A DNA stretch of 64,000 nt from Mobula hypostoma (Eukaryota): positions 111,726,001 through 111,790,000 of the forward strand of contig NC_086097.1 of assembly GCF_963921235.1 (NCBI RefSeq), in the 5' to 3' direction. The position numbers were made by a program, and so were the translations under genes. Numbering within the stretch: position 1 is the first letter of the stretch; each line of letters opens with the position of its first letter. This document shows, piece after piece, positions 58,575 to 64,000 of the stretch. The notes beneath the pieces are model-generated. The model ran no database searches. It saw only the letters and a list, made by a program, of their open reading frames with translations, and was not told where the DNA came from.

Positions 58575-61500
58575 CAGGTTTCCCCCGCCATCCGAAGGTA
58601 GAGTGTTCCTATGAAACGTTTCGTAAGCCAAAATGTCGTAAATGTCGTGGAATTCTTCATTAAGATGGAGAGTGACATAGTTAATTCAGAAACAAAGGTT
58701 CTGAACTTAAAGAAGGGTAACTTTGAAGGTATGAGACGTGAATTAGCTAAGATAAACTGGCAAATGACACTTAAAAGGTTGACGGTGGATATGCAATGGC
58801 AAGCATTTAAAGATCGCATGGATGAACTACAACAATTGTTCATCTCAGTTTGGCAAAAGAATAAATCAGGGAAGGTAGTGCACCCGTGGCTGACAAGGGA
58901 AATTAGGGATAGTATCAATTCCAAAGAAGAAGCATACAAATTAGCCAGAGAAAGTGGCTCACCTGAGGACTGGGAGAAATTCAGAGTTCAGCAGAGGAGG
59001 ACAAAGGGCTTAATTAGGAAAGGGAAAAAAGATTATGAGAGAAAACTGGCAGGGAACATAAAAACTGACTGTAAAAGCTTTTCTTAGATATGTGAAAAGA
59101 AAAAGATTGGTTAAGACAAATGTAGGTCCCCTATAGACAGAAACAGGTGAATTGATTATGGGGAACAAGGACATGGCAGACCAATTGAATAACTGCTTTG
59201 GTTCTGTCTTCATTAAGGAGGACATAAATAATCTTCCGGAAATAGTAGGGGACAGAGGGTCCAGTGAGATGGAGGAACTGAGGGAAATACATGTTAGTAG
59301 GGAAGTGGTGTTAGGTAAATTGAAGGGATTAAAGGCAGATAAATCCCCAGGGCCAGATGGTCTGCATCCCAGAGTGCTTAAGGAAGTAGCCCAAGAAATA
59401 GTGGATGCATTAGTGATAATTTTTCAAAACTCTTTAGATTCTGGACTAGTTCTGGACTAGGTGGCTAATGTAACTCCACTTTTTAAAAAAGGAGGGAGAG
59501 AGAAACCGGGGAATTATAGACCCGCTAACCTAACATCGGTGGTGGAGAAAATGCTAGAGTCAGTTATCAAAGATGTGATAGCAGCACATTTGGAAAGTGA
59601 TGAAATCATCGGACAAAGTCAGCATGGATTTGTGAAAGGAAATTCATGTCTGATGAATCTCATAGAATTTTTTGAGGATGTAACCAGAAGAGTGGATAGG
59701 GGAGAACCAGTGGATGTGGTATATTTGGGTTTTCAAAAGGCTTTTGACAAGGTCCCACACAGGAGATTAGTGTGCAAACTTAAAGCACACGGTATTGGGG
59801 GTAAGGTATTGATGTGGAGAGAGAATTTGTTGGCAGACAGGAAGCAAAGAGTGGGAATAAACGGGACCTTTTCAGAATGGCAGGCAGTGACTAGTGGGGT
59901 ACTGCAAGGCTCAGTGCTGGGACCCCAGTTGTTTACAATATATATTAATGACTTAGATGAGGGAATTAAATGCAGCATCTCCAAGTTTGCGGATGACACG
60001 AAGCTGGGCGGCAGTGTTAGCTGTGAGGAGGATGCTAAGAGGATGCAGGGTGACTTGGATAGGTTAGGTGAGTGGGCAAATTCATGGCAGATGCAATTTA
60101 ATGTGGATAAATGTGAGGTTATTCACTTTGGTGGCAAAAACAGGAAAACAGATTATTATCTGAATGGTGGCTGATTAGGAAAAGGGGAGGTGCAACGAGA
60201 CCTGGGTGTCATTATACACCAGTCATCGAAAGTGGGCATGCAGGTACAGCAGGCGGTGAAAAAGGCGAATGGTATGCTGACATTCACAGCAAGAGGATTC
60301 GAGTACAGGAGCAGGGAGGTACTACTGCAGTTGTACAAGGCCTTGGTGAGACCACACCTGGAGTATTGTGTGCAGTTTTGGTCCCCTTATCTGAGGAAAG
60401 ACATCCTTGCCATAGAGGGAGTACAAAGAAGGTTCACCAGATTGATTCCTGGGATGGCAGGACTTTCACATGATGAAAGACTGGATCGACTAGGCTTATA
60501 CTTGTTGGAATTTAGAAGATTGAGGGGAGATCTTATTGAACCGTATAAAATCCTAAAGGGAGTGGACAGACTAGATGCAGGAAGATTGTTCCCGATGTTG
60601 GGGAAGTGCAGAACGAGGGGTAACAGTTTGAGAATAAAAGGGAAGCCTTTTAGTTCTGAGATTAGGAAAAACTTCTTCACACAGAGAGTGGTGAATCTGT
60701 GGAATTCTCTGCCACAGGAAACAGTTGAAACCAGTTCATTGGCTATATTTAAGAGGGAGTTAAATATGGCCCTTGTGGCTAAAGGGATCAGGGGGTATGG
60801 AGGGAAGGCTGGTACAGGGTTCTGAGTTGGATGATCAGCCATGATCATATTGAATGGTGGTGCAGGCTTGAAGGGCCGAATGGCCTACTCCTGCACCTAT
60901 TTTCTATGTTTCGAAAGCAAAGAAGCAATTACCATTTATTTATATGGGAAAATCTTGTGAGCGTTCGCAGACCCAAAAATAACCTACCAAATCATGCCAA
61001 ATAACACATAAAACCTAAAATAACAGTAACATATAGTAAAAGCAGGAATTATATGATAAATACACAGCCTATATAAAGTAGAAATACTTCTCTACAACGA
61101 TTGCCTGCACAGATCTCCGTAGTGAAAATCTCACGCAAATACTGTTGGCATAAACGCGCTCTGTAGTAACCTATAAACTATGAAGCTGCCAAATCTACCA
61201 AATAACACGTAAAAATACACAGCCTATATAAAGTTGAAATAATGTATGTACAGTGTATCACTTACTGGAATTGGGAAGACATCGAGCATACTGATGATAG
61301 TGTGTTAGACTGAGTCGTTGCAGGTTGGGGTGGTGCAGTGGCCCCCACCCTCCAGGCCGCCGACTGATACATTGCCGCGAAGCATGCAGGGGTCCAGCAG
61401 TAGTCAGGAGGCACTCAGCACATCTTTAAGAAAAAAGCTGAACTAAACATGCTAATTAATTAGGTGCTGCCCGGCACGTAAATGTTGGCGCAGATCAGAG

Positions 61501-62436
61501 ATGATTGCCGATTGCATCAGCACTGATCTGAGCCGACAATTACGTGCTTGGCGGCACCTAATTAATTAGCATGTTTATTTTGGCTTTATTCTTAAAGATG
61601 TACTGTGTGCCTCCTGGCTACTGCTGCATTCTCCGCAAATTGGTATAGTATCTGTCCGGGGCCCGGGTGTTGGGGTGGTGGGACATGGGGGTGTCATCTC
61701 ATCGTCGGTCAGGGCGGGCAGCTCATCTTCTCCTATTACTGCCTGCCTCGATGTCAAAGGTCGAGGTTTGTCGTCTGCTGTGGCTGATGTGGAAGGCTTG
61801 CTTGACTGCTGATCCTCGCGCATTTTTCTATCACACAGTTCTTTGTAAGACTCAAAACATCCTGCAAATATCCCCTAAACCTACGTAACCTTTCAAAATT
61901 AAAGTCGTACCTTATCATTGCAGCGAAAATCTCATGCAGTTGCTTCACGTTCAGTTCCTGGACGACTTCACTTTCGCTACTGCATTTGGTTTCGATTGTT
62001 ATCCTTTCCTCTTCCAAGTGCATCAGCTCTTCATCTATTAGTTCTTGGTCATGGGATGCCAAAACCTCTTCAACATCATCTTCGTCAGCTTCCACAAGCC
62101 AAACTCACTTTGTCCTTGCTTCGTTCACCACGATTGAAACGCTTAATTATGTCTAGTTTTACGCTAAGTGTAACACCCTTACGAGCTCTTTCAGGCTTTT
62201 TTGACACTTTAGAACTCATCTTGCAAACAGCTGCTCACAGGCTCGTGTTTAAGCAATGCTGTTCCGAATCCGGGGGAGAGTGGCTGCTCGGGGCATGCGC
62301 TGATTTTTTTTATCGCGCGCTGCCTTTCTTCGTAACAGTGAAAACACATTCTGAAAGCGAAAACATGGTACTAATGTAGGTCTTTCGTAACAGTGAGGTT
62401 TCGTAAAGTGAACGTTCGAAAAGCAGGGGACACCTG
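58575..62436 (-). mobile_element. Internally deleted Tigger/pogo transposon
   Basis: TA-CAGGTTTCCCCCGC ... GCAGGGGACACCTG-TA termini; MSSKVSKKPERARKGVTLSVKLDIIKRFNRGER (CENP-B-like HTH, ~62120-62220) joined to acidic C-terminus EDDVEEVLASHDQELIDEELM (61754..62095); DDE domain absent. Confidence 0.85.
58640..60912 (+). mobile_element. Relatively young 5'-truncated CR1 (most of RT to 3' tail) inside the Tigger element
   Basis: Consecutive ORFs 58611..59087, 59152..59460, 59461..60174 (NYRP..SQHGFVKG..DFQKAFDKV-like..GVLQGSVLGP..KFADDTK), 60190..60825; tail TTTCTATGTTTC; only a few stops/frameshifts. Confidence 0.96.
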
Positions 62437-62574
62437 TACACCTTTGCCAAAAAACAACTTGTCCCAATCCACATTTGCCTCATCCTTTCTGATACCATCA
62501 AAATTGGTCTTCTCCAATTTTGAGTTTCAAATTGTGGACCAGACTTAACTTTTTGTATATTTCCTTTGAAACGA

Positions 62575-63731
62575 CAGTCGACCCTCCTTATCCGCGAGTT
62601 CCGCATGCGGGAATTCAATTAAGTGCGAATCGAGAAAACCCGGAAGTGCTCTTCCAGCATTTGTTGTTCGAGCATGTACAGACTTTTTTTTCTTTTCATT
62701 ATTCCCTAAACAATGCAGTAAAACAACTATTTTATGTAGTATTTACATTGTATTAGGTATTACAAGTAATCTAGAGACAATTTGAAGTATACAGGAGGAT
62801 ATGCATAGGTTAAACCTGGATTGGGATCGAAAGAAAACCGGAAGTTCTCTTACTAAGTAAGTCGGAACAGGTACATCCGGTATAACAGGTACGTCCGGAC
62901 ATGGCTTTAAGGTAAGGGGTGGGAAGTTCAAGGGGGATATTAGAGGAAGGATTTTTACTCGGAGAGTGGTTGGTGCATGGAATGCACTGCCTGAGTCAGT
63001 GGTGGAGGCAGATACACTCGTGAAGTTTAAGAGACTACTAGACAGGTAAATGGAGGAATTTAAGGTGGGGGGTTGTATGGAGGCAGGGTTTGAGGGTCGG
63101 CACAACATTGTGGGCCGAAGGGCCTGTAATGTGCTGTACTATTCTATGTTATTTAGCGTCAGTTAGTCAAACGTTTGTCTTAGTATATAGTATATATTTT
63201 ACCTTTCTATGCATATAAAACACTTAAGAAACGTATGTTTCAGAGCTGGGCCCAGTGACAGACCGCTCCCGAGTGCGCTGTCCATCTATGCTGGGTTGAT
63301 GTGGAGGATCAAAAACCCAAAACCGAATAAATGAACCACTGCGTTGCTTAGTAATAGTTGTAGCTTTCATCAGGGCAAGGCCTTTCTCACTTTATCCTTT
63401 AAAATTGTTCCGATCGTTGACCGACTGTAGCCTAACGCTTTTCCAATGACCGATGGCGTTTCACCTCTTTCTGACCGCTTTATTATTTCCACGTTATTTT
63501 CCATTCGTGATCGTGATTATTTTAGTGAACAGAAACACTGCAGATTCAGAGCTCTGCCGCTGGGTCCTAATGTCCACCGCACTGAGACAAGTTAAATGAG
63601 GTCCTGGATTTCGCTGGGTCCTAAGGTCCACCGCATTGAGCCAGGTTGAATAACGAACTTGAGCATCCGAGTTTTTTGGTATCTGCAAGGGGTCCCAGAA
63701 CCAGACCCTCGCGGATAAAGAGAGCCGACTG
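62575..63731. mobile_element. Non-autonomous Tigger/pogo-type element carrying a CR1 3' fragment (62898-63152, +)
   Basis: TIRs CAGTCGACCCTCCTTATCCGCG / CGCGGATAAAGAGAGCCGACTG-TA; insert encodes FTRRVVGAWNALPESVVEA and ends ATTCTATGTT. Confidence 0.8.
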
Positions 63732-64000
63732 TACTGGCATTGTAATCACTATATGCAAAGTATTCACCTACACAAACTTCTGTCACCTGCCCTGTCTCAT
63801 TCGTTAATAGCAGATCAAGTATCACACACACTGTCATTGGGATTTCTACGTACTGATTAAGGAAACTTTCCTGAACACATTTGACAAACTCTATCCCATC
63901 TCGTCCTTGTACAGTATAGGAGACCCAGTCAATATGTGGAAAGTCAAAATCACCTACTGTAATAGCCTGTTGTTTCTTGCAACAGTCTACCATCTCTTTA

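Larger units (their letters stand above)
57100..64000 (-). mobile_element. Old CR1 LINE, fragmented by Penelope and two Tigger-type insertions
   Basis: Collinear pieces 57100-58290 (RT/3' end), 58490-58572, 62439-62570, 63734-64000 (VGDFDFPHIDW...EFVKCVQESFLNQYV...ILDLLL). Confidence 0.8.

Overview
Eukaryotic, repeat-dominated vertebrate DNA. The mix of CR1 LINEs, Penelope-like elements, Rex1/Babar LINEs, V-SINEs, Gypsy LTR elements and Tc1/Tigger transposons suggests a cartilaginous fish, probably a ray or skate (inference, not a database match). Nearly all ORFs in the track are decayed transposon fragments or antisense shadows of them. The only clear host-gene signal is a CpG-rich bidirectional promoter at ~48.55-49.2 kb. 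It drives a + strand first exon encoding a signal-peptide/anchor-like N-terminus and a - strand spliced transcript with three in-frame candidate exons. Weaker - strand exon candidates lie at 29.3-29.5 kb and 19.2-19.6 kb (the latter with a TATA box). None of these genes could be named. Most notable observations: (i) many minimal hammerhead ribozyme motifs in Penelope termini, including 170-215 bp fold-back insertions with 12-16 bp TSDs; (ii) a candidate hammerhead with non-canonical strand order in the 3' UTR of a Hero/R2-group RLE retrotransposon; (iii) two old local inversions that each split a Gypsy element; (iv) a 33-bp coding-frame minisatellite born inside a LINE ORF; (v) a locally templated 367-bp inverted duplication; (vi) several multi-level nested insertions. 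Coordinates of degraded repeats are approximate (tens of bp).
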